This document shows, piece by piece, positions 1-9,073 of a stretch of 64,000 nucleotides of DNA (the stretch's first letter is position 1; the number at the start of each line of letters is the position of its first letter). Position numbers and translations under genes: made by a program. The DNA is from Planctomycetaceae bacterium (GTDB lineage Bacteria > Planctomycetota > Planctomycetia > Planctomycetales > Planctomycetaceae): contig PBOU01000106.1 in NCBI GenBank assembly GCA_002724415.1, forward strand, positions 14,824 to 78,823, read 5' to 3'. The notes below the pieces were generated by a model that searched no databases, was not told where the DNA came from, and was given only the letters and a program-made list of their open reading frames with translations.

Positions 1-1362
1 CGGGGTTTCCAGGAATGCCGCGTAGGTCTGCTTGCGACCAACCTCCCACAGGTCCCACACCAGCAGCGGAAAGACCACCACCCCCAGCAAGACTCCCAGG
101 CCACCGCGCCGTGCCAGGGCGGGGCGGGTCACCAGCCACTGCCAGGCCAGGCCGGCCAACAACGCCGCCGCCAACGCGGTGACGATCCCGTACCGGCCCG
201 GGCCTGTAAAGAATCCGAAGCCGGGCAGGTGACGCGTCACCGGCAAATGCCACGCGGGCGTGTACAGCAACGCCAACGACCCCAGCACCAGCCAGATCAC
301 GAACCGCAAATCGGTGCGACGGCCGACGCACCAGCCAACCAGTCCCACGGCCAGAAGGCCCACCGTCGGCAGGCCAAAGTAGAGATGTGCCTCGACCTGG
401 TTCGTGTCGGCCGGACCCGCGTCGTATTGCGACACCCGATCCACTCCGGACTCGTACCATCGCCACGGCGTCACCACCTGGCTCCAGTAAGCAAACGGCA
501 TGTGCCCGTAACCGGGGTCGTACTTGCGTCCTGTGACATTCTCTCGCTGGCTGCTCTGTTTCAACTCCCATGTCGGCAGCAACTGCACCGCCGCCAATCC
601 GAACGCCAGGCCCATGCCCACGACCGAAGCCACCAGCAACCGCTGTCTCGCCGACACCGACCTTTCAGGCAATCCACGTCGAGCCCACCACAACCTCGAT
701 GGAATATAGAAGACCAGGACCAACTGGGTCACAAAAGCCAGGTGAAAGTGGCCGGCCAGCATCTGCAGGGCAAGAACCAGGGACAACAACAGCAGGTCGT
801 AACAGCGAGGCCGTGCCAGGAACCGCTCGATCACCCACAACGCCGCCGGCAACCACGTGCCCCCCAGGATCGCCCACTCCAGCACGATTCGTGGTGGAAA
901 CCAGCCATAAACATAAACCAGCCCCACGAGCCAACCGGACACATCACCCAGGCCCATCTGACGGGCGTATCGCCAGGTGAAGACGAAGGCCAGAACATAG
1001 TGCACCAACTGCACCGTGTTGTATGCCGTGTTGACACCCAGTACCGCATACAACAGGTGGAACGGATAGAAGAGGCCTGTCTGGCTCTCGCCCACTACGG
1101 GGTATCCATGTCCCACCCGGTTGTTCCACAGCGGCAACTCACCACGAACCACGTGCTCGGCCAGGTACGCCTTCTGGGGAAAAAAGTAGGTGTAGATGTC
1201 ACCACCCAGCAAACCACCACCGCTGTACAGCGACCACCAGAAGACCAGCGACAACCCCAGGCCAACCACCGTCGCCATCAGCCAGCTACGCCACGAGACA
1301 CCGGTGGCCAGCGGATTGCCGGAGAGTCCGCCCGTCGATGAAGCTGTCGTGATGTCGGTCAC
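1..1362 (-). CDS. YfhO-like polytopic membrane protein (putative GT-C-type glycosyltransferase); 3' end runs past the left window edge
   Basis: Absent from the ORF track because it has no stop inside the window. My hand reverse-complement translation from GTG 1362 (alternative ATG 1278) is stop-free down to base 1, with G/C-rich third positions: VTDITT..WRSWLMATVVGLGLSLVFWWSLYSGGGLLGGDIYTYFFPQKAYLAEHVVRGELPLWNNRVGHGYPVVGESQTGLFYPFHLLY.. The LPLWN..G.P....Q.G.FYP motif is one I associate with YfhO-family proteins. Many hydrophobic spans follow. The + strand ORF 229..1341 is its shadow. Confidence 0.6.
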   Translation of the reverse strand, partial: MTDITTASSTGGLSGNPLATGVSWRSWLMATVVGLGLSLVFWWSLYSGGGLLGGDIYTYFFPQKAYLAEHVVRGELPLWNNRVGHGYPVVGESQTGLFYPFHLLYAVLGVNTAYNTVQLVHYVLAFVFTWRYARQMGLGDVSGWLVGLVYVYGWFPPRIVLEWAILGGTWLPAALWVIERFLARPRCYDLLLLSLVLALQMLAGHFHLAFVTQLVLVFYIPSRLWWARRGLPERSVSARQRLLVASVVGMGLAFGLAAVQLLPTWELKQSSQRENVTGRKYDPGYGHMPFAYWSQVVTPWRWYESGVDRVSQYDAGPADTNQVEAHLYFGLPTVGLLAVGLVGWCVGRRTDLRFVIWLVLGSLALLYTPAWHLPVTRHLPGFGFFTGPGRYGIVTALAAALLAGLAWQWLVTRPALARRGGLGVLLGVVVFPLLVWDLWEVGRKQTYAAFLETP

Positions 1363-1394
1363 GGTACGAGAAACCAGGGATTCGGATTGGTGTG

Positions 1395-3497
1395 TCAACG
1401 GACCAGGTAAACGGGACTCGACCAGGCCATGTGCCCATCCTCCTGCACCACGTGCACATACAGGGGATTGTCGCCCGCGTGGAGTTGTTCCGGCCGCACG
1501 CGGAATGTGAACGTCATGGACCGGTTGCCACCGGCCGGCGGCAACCGGTAGACACTCAATCGCTGTCCCAGGCCACCCAGGTCCCACCGTCGACCACGCG
1601 AACCCAACCGCGACAAATCCACGCGAAAACGTCGATGAGGCGTCTCGACAACCATCACGCCCTCGCGTGGTTTCGCCAGCGTTGTGATGACTCCCGCCAC
1701 GCCACCAGTCGTGATCGACTCCCAGGCGAGTTCGCTTTTTCCCGTCCGTCGACACGTTTTTTCAGTGTTGTGAAAGTTGATCGGCGTGAAATCCGTGATG
1801 GCATTCTTCGGGACCGACACGCCTCCGTCCCAGGTCACCTGCCGCCCCCGTCCACGGACCGTCGCACCCTGCCACAACAGCTTGACCCGATCGCCCAGGT
1901 CGCTCGTCCCAAACGGCCGTCTCACCCCGATCACTTCCATCCCGTTGCGGAATTCGACCCGCTCGATGGCCGCTGTTCCGTGCACGGCGACCTGGAAGAC
2001 CGGTGCGGCTTCATCACGATCAGATTGGATCACCGCTCCCATCGGGAATCCATCTTCGGTTGTCACGTCCAGCCCGATGCGGGCCCCCGTCGTCCCGTAG
2101 ACACGCCGTTGAGCATACGCTTCCCAGACACTCTCGCGATCCAATGTCTCGGCCAGGACACAGGTCAATCCGCCATAACTGCCAAAAGTGCTCGCGCCGG
2201 GCCAACTGGCCCCGGGACGCCCCTTGTGCCCATCAGAATTGGCCACGATCGCCACCCGGTATCCAAGTCCAAAGGCGTCCTCGAGCATCCACTCGAAAGT
2301 GCCCCACGCCGAATGCACTTCCACGGCCCGCTCGAGTCCCTCACGGTGTCGTTGGAGGTCGGCATAACGGCCTCCAACGTGCGCGATCAGCATCGGGTCG
2401 GGATGAGTTCCCTCGAGACGATCAAAGAGTTCCTCGACAGAGTCAGCCGTCGGCTGGCTCGACTGGCTCTTTGCAACCAGCGCTCGACTGCTGCGGAACA
2501 CCTCGCCTCCTTCCTCGCGGAAGACAACATTGCGGTCTCCCCCCAGTCCCGTATTCCCACTCCACTCCCAACCGGGAAACGTCACGAATCGACCCGGTCG
2601 ATTCATGTCGGCGGTCGTCCGCTGCAGGTGGTCCCAGAAGTCATCGGTGATCTGGAAATCGTTGCCCTGGTGAGAGGCAATGTCGAGAAAAGCGCGGTCC
2701 CGGGCAAACCGGAAATACTCCTCGATCGTCCCCGTCCCGATCGTCTCCTCGCTCTGGCCGTGCAGGTCAGCCCAGAAACGGCCAAAGGGGTCACCCGCGC
2801 GGACCACCACCGGGTTGGCCTCGGCCTCCAGGCCGGTTTCGTCATCCCGCACCCGGACCACGAAACAACCCGGCTCAGAGAATCCGGGGTGGTCCATCCG
2901 TCTCGATCGACCCACCGGGTTGCCCCAGCAGTCCTCGAGCCGCCAACGGACGGAAAATCGTCGTCCGGGAGCGACCAGCGAGGGAGCCACGGCAACCAGC
3001 CGGACCGGATCTCCGGCAACGACACGAAATTCGGGCTGGATCTCCAGTGGACGGTAGACGTAGGTCGCGTACCGATCGACCAGCACTCTCAGTTCGAGAG
3101 TCTTCTCGGCGAATGTCTGCACCCTCCAGCCCGGACCGCCGCCGGAAGTGTCACCGAGCGTGAGAGTGATCGTCTCACCCTGCCTCAGGTACCCCTGTAG
3201 AACCTTCAGATGAAGCGTCTTGCCCCAGGGACGCACGTTGTCCTTCACGTCCCACCGCAGCGCCAGGTGCGCGGCATTGGAGGCAATCGCGGTGGTGTAG
3301 TTCGCTGCCGACGGGTCCTCAAATTGTGGTGTGCCACAATCGGTGGCGTACCGCATCACCAGCTTGAGTGAACCGGTGTCATCGATGCCGGCCTGTCCGG
3401 CCGTGTAGGTCAGGCGACACGTCTGCCAACTGCCAGCCGGGACATTGCCCTTCAGGCTGCAACGGACGCGACCAAGATCTTCTCGAGATTCGCTCAT
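1395..3497 (-). CDS. PHP-fold / DUF3604-like metal-dependent hydrolase with N-terminal beta-rich domain
   Basis: 700-aa ORF. It shows a metal-ligand-like series typical of PHP-type phosphoesterases: ADLHGQSE, IASHQG, FPGWEWS, IAHVGG, VEVHSAWG, ANSDGHKG. ATGA start/stop overlap with the upstream gene at 3494-3497. Confidence 0.55.
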   Translation of the reverse strand: MSESREDLGRVRCSLKGNVPAGSWQTCRLTYTAGQAGIDDTGSLKLVMRYATDCGTPQFEDPSAANYTTAIASNAAHLALRWDVKDNVRPWGKTLHLKVLQGYLRQGETITLTLGDTSGGGPGWRVQTFAEKTLELRVLVDRYATYVYRPLEIQPEFRVVAGDPVRLVAVAPSLVAPGRRFSVRWRLEDCWGNPVGRSRRMDHPGFSEPGCFVVRVRDDETGLEAEANPVVVRAGDPFGRFWADLHGQSEETIGTGTIEEYFRFARDRAFLDIASHQGNDFQITDDFWDHLQRTTADMNRPGRFVTFPGWEWSGNTGLGGDRNVVFREEGGEVFRSSRALVAKSQSSQPTADSVEELFDRLEGTHPDPMLIAHVGGRYADLQRHREGLERAVEVHSAWGTFEWMLEDAFGLGYRVAIVANSDGHKGRPGASWPGASTFGSYGGLTCVLAETLDRESVWEAYAQRRVYGTTGARIGLDVTTEDGFPMGAVIQSDRDEAAPVFQVAVHGTAAIERVEFRNGMEVIGVRRPFGTSDLGDRVKLLWQGATVRGRGRQVTWDGGVSVPKNAITDFTPINFHNTEKTCRRTGKSELAWESITTGGVAGVITTLAKPREGVMVVETPHRRFRVDLSRLGSRGRRWDLGGLGQRLSVYRLPPAGGNRSMTFTFRVRPEQLHAGDNPLYVHVVQEDGHMAWSSPVYLVR

Positions 3498-5665
3498 GGG
3501 GCTGACCGGCGAGCAGGGGACGGAAAACGGCGGCGGAGCACGATGTAGTAGAGCGTGCCGTCGTCATCGGTGACCAGTCGCAGCACTTCCCACGACCGGG
3601 GGTCTGCTTTCAATTCGGGCACGTCGTCCACCGATGTGATCGTGCTGTAGGGGTGTTGTACGTCAATCACGATGTAGTAGTCCTGCCCCGCAACCGGTTT
3701 GGTCAACTCGGTGTCACTGTGCCGTGCGTAGTCGCTGTAGTCATAGGAACGGGCGTGATGGGTGAATCGGGGATGAACGAAATCGGTCGAGAACACCCGC
3801 GCGGTTGATGGAACCAGCGACTCCACCTGGGCAAACAGTTCGGCACGCCGCCCGGTTGTGAACAACGTGAGACCGTGATGGTCGGAATGGGAATCCCAGA
3901 AGGCCAGTCCCAGGGGACCGGCGCTGAAGAACAGGCCACAGGCCGCCGCCGCGGACACCGCAAACCAGCCCCCCCACGAGACCCATGCCGGACCACGTTG
4001 ACACAATCGACCCAGTCCACCGGCAGCGGCCCAGTACAGGATCGGGATCAGCGGAGCATGAAAATGATGGAAAGGAACAACCGGCTGACCGGGAGACTCG
4101 CCGGAGGAAAACTCCAACAGGCACAACATCGCAAAGACCGGTCCGCCCACCAGCAACCGACCACGTCCGGCCAGTGGCAGCAATCCCGCCGGCAGCAACA
4201 AGGCCACCGCATAAAATACCGTCCGGGCACTGAACCACTTGGACAACAGCAAGCCCGGTCGTTCAATGGATGTCTGGACAATCTCGCCGGGAGTGCCTCC
4301 CAGTTCACCGAAGTACTGGGCGTAATGCGGCACATCGCCGCGGAACGAGGGAATCACCCACAGCAGCACCAGCAGCAACCAGGCCCCACTGCCCACCGCA
4401 ATGCCTATCGCCCAGGTCAACCGGCCGGTGGCTGTCCCCACGGTTTCACGAACCCGCCACTCTCTCGACGCCCAGAATACTGCCAGCGGCATGACCACCA
4501 GGCAATAATCCTCCTTGGACAGCAGCACCAACAACAACAGCAATACGGTCGCTTTTGGCCGGCCCGACTCCCAGCGCTCGATGGCCCACAACAACAACGG
4601 AACGCCGAGGCTGATCGGGCGAAATGTCTTGCCATCAATCGCGATGTCCAGGAAGTGCACGGGGAAGGCGAGCAGGTAGGCCACCGCCAACCCCAGGGCC
4701 AACATGTCGGAGCCTGTTTCCTTCCGGGTCAACCGCAGGATCGCCAACGCCCCGGCCGCCAGCCCCACCGATTCGCAAAGTTCCAGCACCTGGTGCGATG
4801 GCCACAACCAGTGCAATGGACTGAGCAACAGGTGCACCACCTGGGGGTGCTCGCCCAGGAACAGGCGTCCGTCATCCAGGTAACTGCGAAAGCCCTTGCC
4901 ATGCCACACATTCCACAGGTGCTCCTCGTACATGGCCGAGTCACCATGCGGAATCAACAGGTTGTTGTAGCGAGCCCAGTTGATCGCGATGGCACACACA
5001 CAGTAGACCCCCACCGCCCCCAGCGCCAGCAACCAGGTGCGGCGGCACGGAGACGAGGACGATTCGAGTGGATTGGCATCAACCGGCCAGGTGGTCACCA
5101 GCCAGGCCGACAGCCACCCGGCCAACGCCGTCGCCTCGACCAGTGACACCGTGCGAATGGACAGTTCCTGGACCCACTCCAGCCCGGTCAGGACTCCCAC
5201 CACTCGAATCAATTCCCAGGCCCCGGGCAACCACCACCAGGACCAGCCACGGACCGCCCAGCCGGTGGCCTCGGTCCCGATGCTCCGACCCGTTCGTCGC
5301 CTGGTCACCAGGGATCCAACCAGGATGAGCACTCCCGAAGCCGACGACAGGCCGCCAAACAGGACCAGGTACCCCACGTCCCGTCGCACGACTCCCGACT
5401 CGGCATCAACCACGCCACCCAGCCCACCGACCACCTCACTCCACGTGTGGGTACTGAACCACTGCGAGGCGAGCGCACGGTCGCCGAGGACCGACTGCAA
5501 AAACATCGCCTGCAGGGCCACGCCGACAACGACGACCAACCACGGCAACGGCGAATAGCGACGTGATCGCGTCGCGGGCATGGCGAATTTGTACTGAAGA
5601 GGGGGGGGCGGAGAGACGATGTGTCGGGGTGGCGGATAGTAGGGGTTGGCGACCGATGAGACCAT
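3494..5665 (-). CDS. DUF2079-like integral membrane protein (putative GT-C-type transferase)
   Basis: 723-aa ORF with ATG at 5665 (alternative ATG 5581). More than 10 hydrophobic spans. The segment GDSAMYEEHLWNVWHGKGFRSYLDDGRLFLGEHPQVVHLLLSPL matches what I recall for DUF2079. Confidence 0.6.
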   Translation of the reverse strand: MVSSVANPYYPPPRHIVSPPPPLQYKFAMPATRSRRYSPLPWLVVVVGVALQAMFLQSVLGDRALASQWFSTHTWSEVVGGLGGVVDAESGVVRRDVGYLVLFGGLSSASGVLILVGSLVTRRRTGRSIGTEATGWAVRGWSWWWLPGAWELIRVVGVLTGLEWVQELSIRTVSLVEATALAGWLSAWLVTTWPVDANPLESSSSPCRRTWLLALGAVGVYCVCAIAINWARYNNLLIPHGDSAMYEEHLWNVWHGKGFRSYLDDGRLFLGEHPQVVHLLLSPLHWLWPSHQVLELCESVGLAAGALAILRLTRKETGSDMLALGLAVAYLLAFPVHFLDIAIDGKTFRPISLGVPLLLWAIERWESGRPKATVLLLLLVLLSKEDYCLVVMPLAVFWASREWRVRETVGTATGRLTWAIGIAVGSGAWLLLVLLWVIPSFRGDVPHYAQYFGELGGTPGEIVQTSIERPGLLLSKWFSARTVFYAVALLLPAGLLPLAGRGRLLVGGPVFAMLCLLEFSSGESPGQPVVPFHHFHAPLIPILYWAAAGGLGRLCQRGPAWVSWGGWFAVSAAAACGLFFSAGPLGLAFWDSHSDHHGLTLFTTGRRAELFAQVESLVPSTARVFSTDFVHPRFTHHARSYDYSDYARHSDTELTKPVAGQDYYIVIDVQHPYSTITSVDDVPELKADPRSWEVLRLVTDDDGTLYYIVLRRRFPSPARRSAP

Positions 5666-5770
5666 GCGGGTTTGGAGACCGCAGGCACTCCCTCAATTCT
5701 TACGTCGCCCGGGGGTGGTGTGGTTGAGCCGACCGGGTGTGCGACGGGAATTCCAGCTATAATTCGATCA

Positions 5771-7132
5771 ATGCAGCACCCCTACGGCGACATTCCCGAG
5801 TTGACCAATCTCGAGATCGGACGTGGCATCGTTCGGATTCCCGTCGAGCAGGACGTTCCGTTCACCCCACGGGTCCGCGCGCTGGTCGACACGCCCGAAT
5901 TTCAGCGACTCAGAGACATCACCCAGTTGGGCCTGGTCTCGAGAGTCTACCCCGGAGCAACCCACACCCGATTCGAACACGCCCTGGGTGTCTTCCACAA
6001 CGCGCTGCGCTACGTCTGGCAACTGGGACGCGATGACAGGTTCTGTGAAATTGTTGACCGTCATACCGCCGAGGTCCTGCTGGCCTCCGCGCTGCTGCAC
6101 GATCTGGGTCACTGGCCGTATTGTCACCCGATCGAGGACATGAAACTTCCCGGCCTGCCACCTCATGAGACATTCGCGGCCGAGTTCCTTGGCCCGGACA
6201 GCCCGCTGGCGGTCGTCCTGCAACGCGACTGGAACATTCAACCAGACGAGATTCTCGATGTGCTGGTGGCTCGCACCGATACCCCCGCCATGCGACTGGT
6301 CCGGTCGATCCTCTCGGGCCCCATCGACATCGACAAGATGGACTACCTGGGTCGAGACAGCCTGCACTGCGGGGTCCCATACGGTCGCCATTTCGACCGC
6401 AATCGCCTGATGACCTCCCTGGTCACCAACGCCGCCGGCGACGGCCTGGCGATATCGACCAAGGGCCGCACCGCCGCCGAACTGATGGTCTTTGCGCGGT
6501 ACGTGATGTTCAGCGAGGTCTACTGGCACCACGCCGTCCGCAGCGCCACCAGCATGTTCGCCAGGGCCTTCTTCCACCTGCACGGGAAACTGGACCTGGA
6601 GGCGTTTTTTCGCAAGAGCGAAACCGAGACGATCGACGAGTTGCGACTCCAGGCGGGCGATGGCCCATGCCGCACTTTGCTCGAAGGCGTTTTCGGCACC
6701 CAGAGAGAACTCTACAAGCGGGTCGCGGAATTCAGCTTCTACGAAGCTCCCGACCTCTTCCAACGACTGGCCCGCAAACCCTACGGCTGGCTGGTCCAGC
6801 TCAGCGAGGTCCTCGCCGAAGAGGTCTCCGGCCTGGTGGGAACTCCCGTTTTACCAACCCAACTGCTCGTCGACGCCCCGCCTCCTCACCGTGAAGTCGA
6901 ATTCGATGTCGAGATCTACTCGCCCAAGACCGATTCGTACCGATTGCTCCGTGATGCTTCGCCAGTGATCGACGCCCTGGCACGGACTCAGTTTGACGAT
7001 TATGTCAAACGCGTCCGGCTGTTCGCACACCCGGACCTGGCTCGGTCCCTGGCCGGAAACGAGGGTTTTACCGAGTGTCTGGAACGGGCACTCGACCGAG
7101 TCGATTCCACCAACTCCGGTGATGGTGTGTAG
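5771..7132 (+). CDS. HD-domain phosphohydrolase (COG1078 / SAMHD1-like dNTP triphosphohydrolase family)
   Basis: HD motifs HTRFEHALGV and LLHDLGHWPYCHPIED, followed by DIDKMDYLGRDS. Start set at ATG 5771 (MQHPYGD); the track ORF begins at an upstream TTG at 5672. Confidence 0.75.
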   Translation: MQHPYGDIPELTNLEIGRGIVRIPVEQDVPFTPRVRALVDTPEFQRLRDITQLGLVSRVYPGATHTRFEHALGVFHNALRYVWQLGRDDRFCEIVDRHTAEVLLASALLHDLGHWPYCHPIEDMKLPGLPPHETFAAEFLGPDSPLAVVLQRDWNIQPDEILDVLVARTDTPAMRLVRSILSGPIDIDKMDYLGRDSLHCGVPYGRHFDRNRLMTSLVTNAAGDGLAISTKGRTAAELMVFARYVMFSEVYWHHAVRSATSMFARAFFHLHGKLDLEAFFRKSETETIDELRLQAGDGPCRTLLEGVFGTQRELYKRVAEFSFYEAPDLFQRLARKPYGWLVQLSEVLAEEVSGLVGTPVLPTQLLVDAPPPHREVEFDVEIYSPKTDSYRLLRDASPVIDALARTQFDDYVKRVRLFAHPDLARSLAGNEGFTECLERALDRVDSTNSGDGV

Positions 7133-7208
7133 CTGGCACGGCCGCGAGACGTCTGCTATCCTGCGCTGTTCGCGGTGACCGCCAGTGCGGAACCCGGAAG
7201 GCCCGACC

Positions 7209-7751
7209 ATGAGCACAGCCACATTAGGATCCAGTCAGCAAGCGATCCCCGGCGCTGAGACACGCGCCGAACGGACCGTGATCGCCCGTTGGCCGTCGAT
7301 CGCTTCGACCGGAATCGGTCGTGCGATTGGGTCGCTCGTCGGATCGGCACCCCGTGTCCGTCTGCCCGGGCTCAACTTCAACCTCGCACTGGCACCCGCT
7401 CTCCTGCTCGCACCGATCGGAGCCGCCAGCTACATGGCACTGAAGCTCATCGGACGACGGTACACCGTCACCAGCAAGCGGGTGTTGATCCAGGGATCAT
7501 TGACCAAAAAGCTGCTCGCCGAGGTGCCGCTGGAAAACATTGCGGAGGTGGCCGTTGCTCCCTACCGAGACGGCCAGGAATTCTTCCAGGCGGCTGATGT
7601 CGTGCTGCAATCCGCGGCGGGCGACGAACTGATGCGAATCGAAGCAGTGACACAACCGGGTGTGTTTCGACAAAACATCCTCGAGAGCCGCGACGCACTC
7701 GTCCAGGTCCAGGACGCATTGGCCACGATTGAGGCACGCGGCGACGGCTAG
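7209..7751 (+). CDS. Membrane-anchored bacterial PH-domain (bPH_2/DUF304-like) protein
   Basis: Hydrophobic hairpin (LALAPALLLAPIGAASYMALKLI) followed by RRYTVTSKRVLIQGSLTKKLLAEVPLENIAEV, a YdbS/YdbT-type PH pattern. ATG at 7209; the track ORF starts at GTG 7185. Confidence 0.55.
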   Translation: MSTATLGSSQQAIPGAETRAERTVIARWPSIASTGIGRAIGSLVGSAPRVRLPGLNFNLALAPALLLAPIGAASYMALKLIGRRYTVTSKRVLIQGSLTKKLLAEVPLENIAEVAVAPYRDGQEFFQAADVVLQSAAGDELMRIEAVTQPGVFRQNILESRDALVQVQDALATIEARGDG

Positions 7752-7781
7752 AGCAATGCCGTTCGCGCCGCCAGTTGTCGC

Positions 7782-8465
7782 TCAGTCCTCGATGCCCAGC
7801 CGATACCGCATTTGCTCAAACTGCTCGGCAAAGGTGTCCGTGGAACTGTGGACGTGCTCGGCTTCGGTGATGAACTTGATGTCCTCACAACACATCACGT
7901 CGTGTCCGTCAAAAACCCGCTCGAAAGCGTCGAGATCCTGGCCATAGAGCGTCAGTATCTTGTGCTCATCGAATTGCACTTCCATCGGGATTCGCGGGTT
8001 CAACACCGCCACACCCGTGCAGCCATCATCAATCAACATCTCCTCGAAGTCGTAAAGCACGCTCTTGAGGATCGGCAGCTCAATTCCCTCGCGATAATGG
8101 TCGTCGTGGCCCTCACCCCTGGTGTGATGGCTCGTCTCCAGTACCACGTCAACCTCGTCACCCAGCGGATCCATCAGGTCGACAAACAGATCCAGGATCT
8201 GCTCCCGTGACGCCGAGGCCATCAGTACCGGAATGGCAATCCCCGTCTCGGAGTCAGTGTACGTGTCGTGACGGTAGCCCGTCCGCGGCACCACCTGCAG
8301 ATCGTATGACGGCCGGACCGCGTCGGTCAGCACGAAGTTGCCATAACGGGCAATCTTCAAATGCGTTTCCAACTGATCATCAGAGAGATCCGAGAAACTG
8401 CTCGCGGGACGATCCGGAGCTGATTCACGTGTCTTGGCGGAAATAAATTTTTTCAGGAAGTCCAT
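7782..8465 (-). CDS. Acidic cytoplasmic hypothetical protein
   Basis: ORF with coding-like composition. ATG at 8465 (MDFLKKFISAK). I recognise no motif. Confidence 0.55.
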   Translation of the reverse strand: MDFLKKFISAKTRESAPDRPASSFSDLSDDQLETHLKIARYGNFVLTDAVRPSYDLQVVPRTGYRHDTYTDSETGIAIPVLMASASREQILDLFVDLMDPLGDEVDVVLETSHHTRGEGHDDHYREGIELPILKSVLYDFEEMLIDDGCTGVAVLNPRIPMEVQFDEHKILTLYGQDLDAFERVFDGHDVMCCEDIKFITEAEHVHSSTDTFAEQFEQMRYRLGIED

Positions 8466-8808
8466 CGGTCCCTGCCCCTCAGCAGGCCCGGACGACCACT
8501 GGTCGGCCGGAACAAGATAGGAACTCGTGATCGAACGCCCTTCCTGGCTCCTCGATTGCCCTGTATGGCTCCACAACAAAACCTAGCACGCAATTTGCGA
8601 TGACGCTTGGTCTCAAGTCCCCACTCGAATAATTAATCGCTTAAAAACGATCCCTTTCTACAAATTCGGCTCAATTTCCCATGTAAGAAATACAATTCCG
8701 ACGGCCGTCAACAGCATGCCGCCAACAACAACACCACAGAATAAAAACTCATAACCAACTGCAAATAAACGTGTTACAACAATTCCCCTCTGTTGGTTGT
8801 CAAAAAAT

Positions 8809-8992
8809 ATGACGTGGGTGGCACGGGTACTGCAATGGTTTGCCTTCGAGTGAGAGAGACGCCGGCTGTGAGAGGCCGGCTCCCACCGGCCCTTGGAGAG
8901 GGGCCTTTATCCCACCTCAGCTTCATATCACCACATCACACCTGGACGGGCCGAAAGGACGTGTGAGAAGCGTCCTTTCGGTTTGTTCTTTT
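8809..8992 (+). promoter_or_regulatory. Candidate hflX leader/attenuator or stand-alone small RNA
   Basis: Possible 14-codon uORF at 8809-8853 (MTWVARVLQWFAFE*). Hairpin GCCGGC-tgtgagag-GCCGGC at 8861-8880. Hairpin GGCCC-ttggagag-GGGCC at 8888-8905. Terminator hairpin at 8951-8981. The element sits in the only long AT-rich intergenic island and ends 82 nt before the hflX start. Confidence 0.35.
8951..8992 (+). terminator. Rho-independent terminator
   Basis: Perfect 11-bp stem CCGAAAGGACG / CGTCCTTTCGG with loop tgtgagaag, followed by TTTGTTCTTTT. The T-tract is present only in the + orientation. Confidence 0.65.
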
Positions 8993-9073
8993 AAGTGGCA
9001 GCCCCGTCGCTTGGCTCAGCACGCATTGCGTCTCTAAACTGTCCCCGGGTCACAACCGCCACCCGACGGCAGA

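Noticed and set aside
5771-7132. HD-domain SAMHD1-like protein as a possible anti-phage dNTPase defence gene
   Set aside because: COG1078-type HD proteins are widespread housekeeping genes. Nothing in the neighbourhood (PH-domain protein, acidic hypothetical, envelope genes) looks like a defence island, and no mobile-element hallmarks are present.
8840-9037. 65-aa ORF in the hflX upstream island
   Set aside because: It has a TTG start and runs straight through three stable hairpins, including the 11-bp terminator stem and its T-tract. The composition is not coding-like. The region is better explained as RNA structure.
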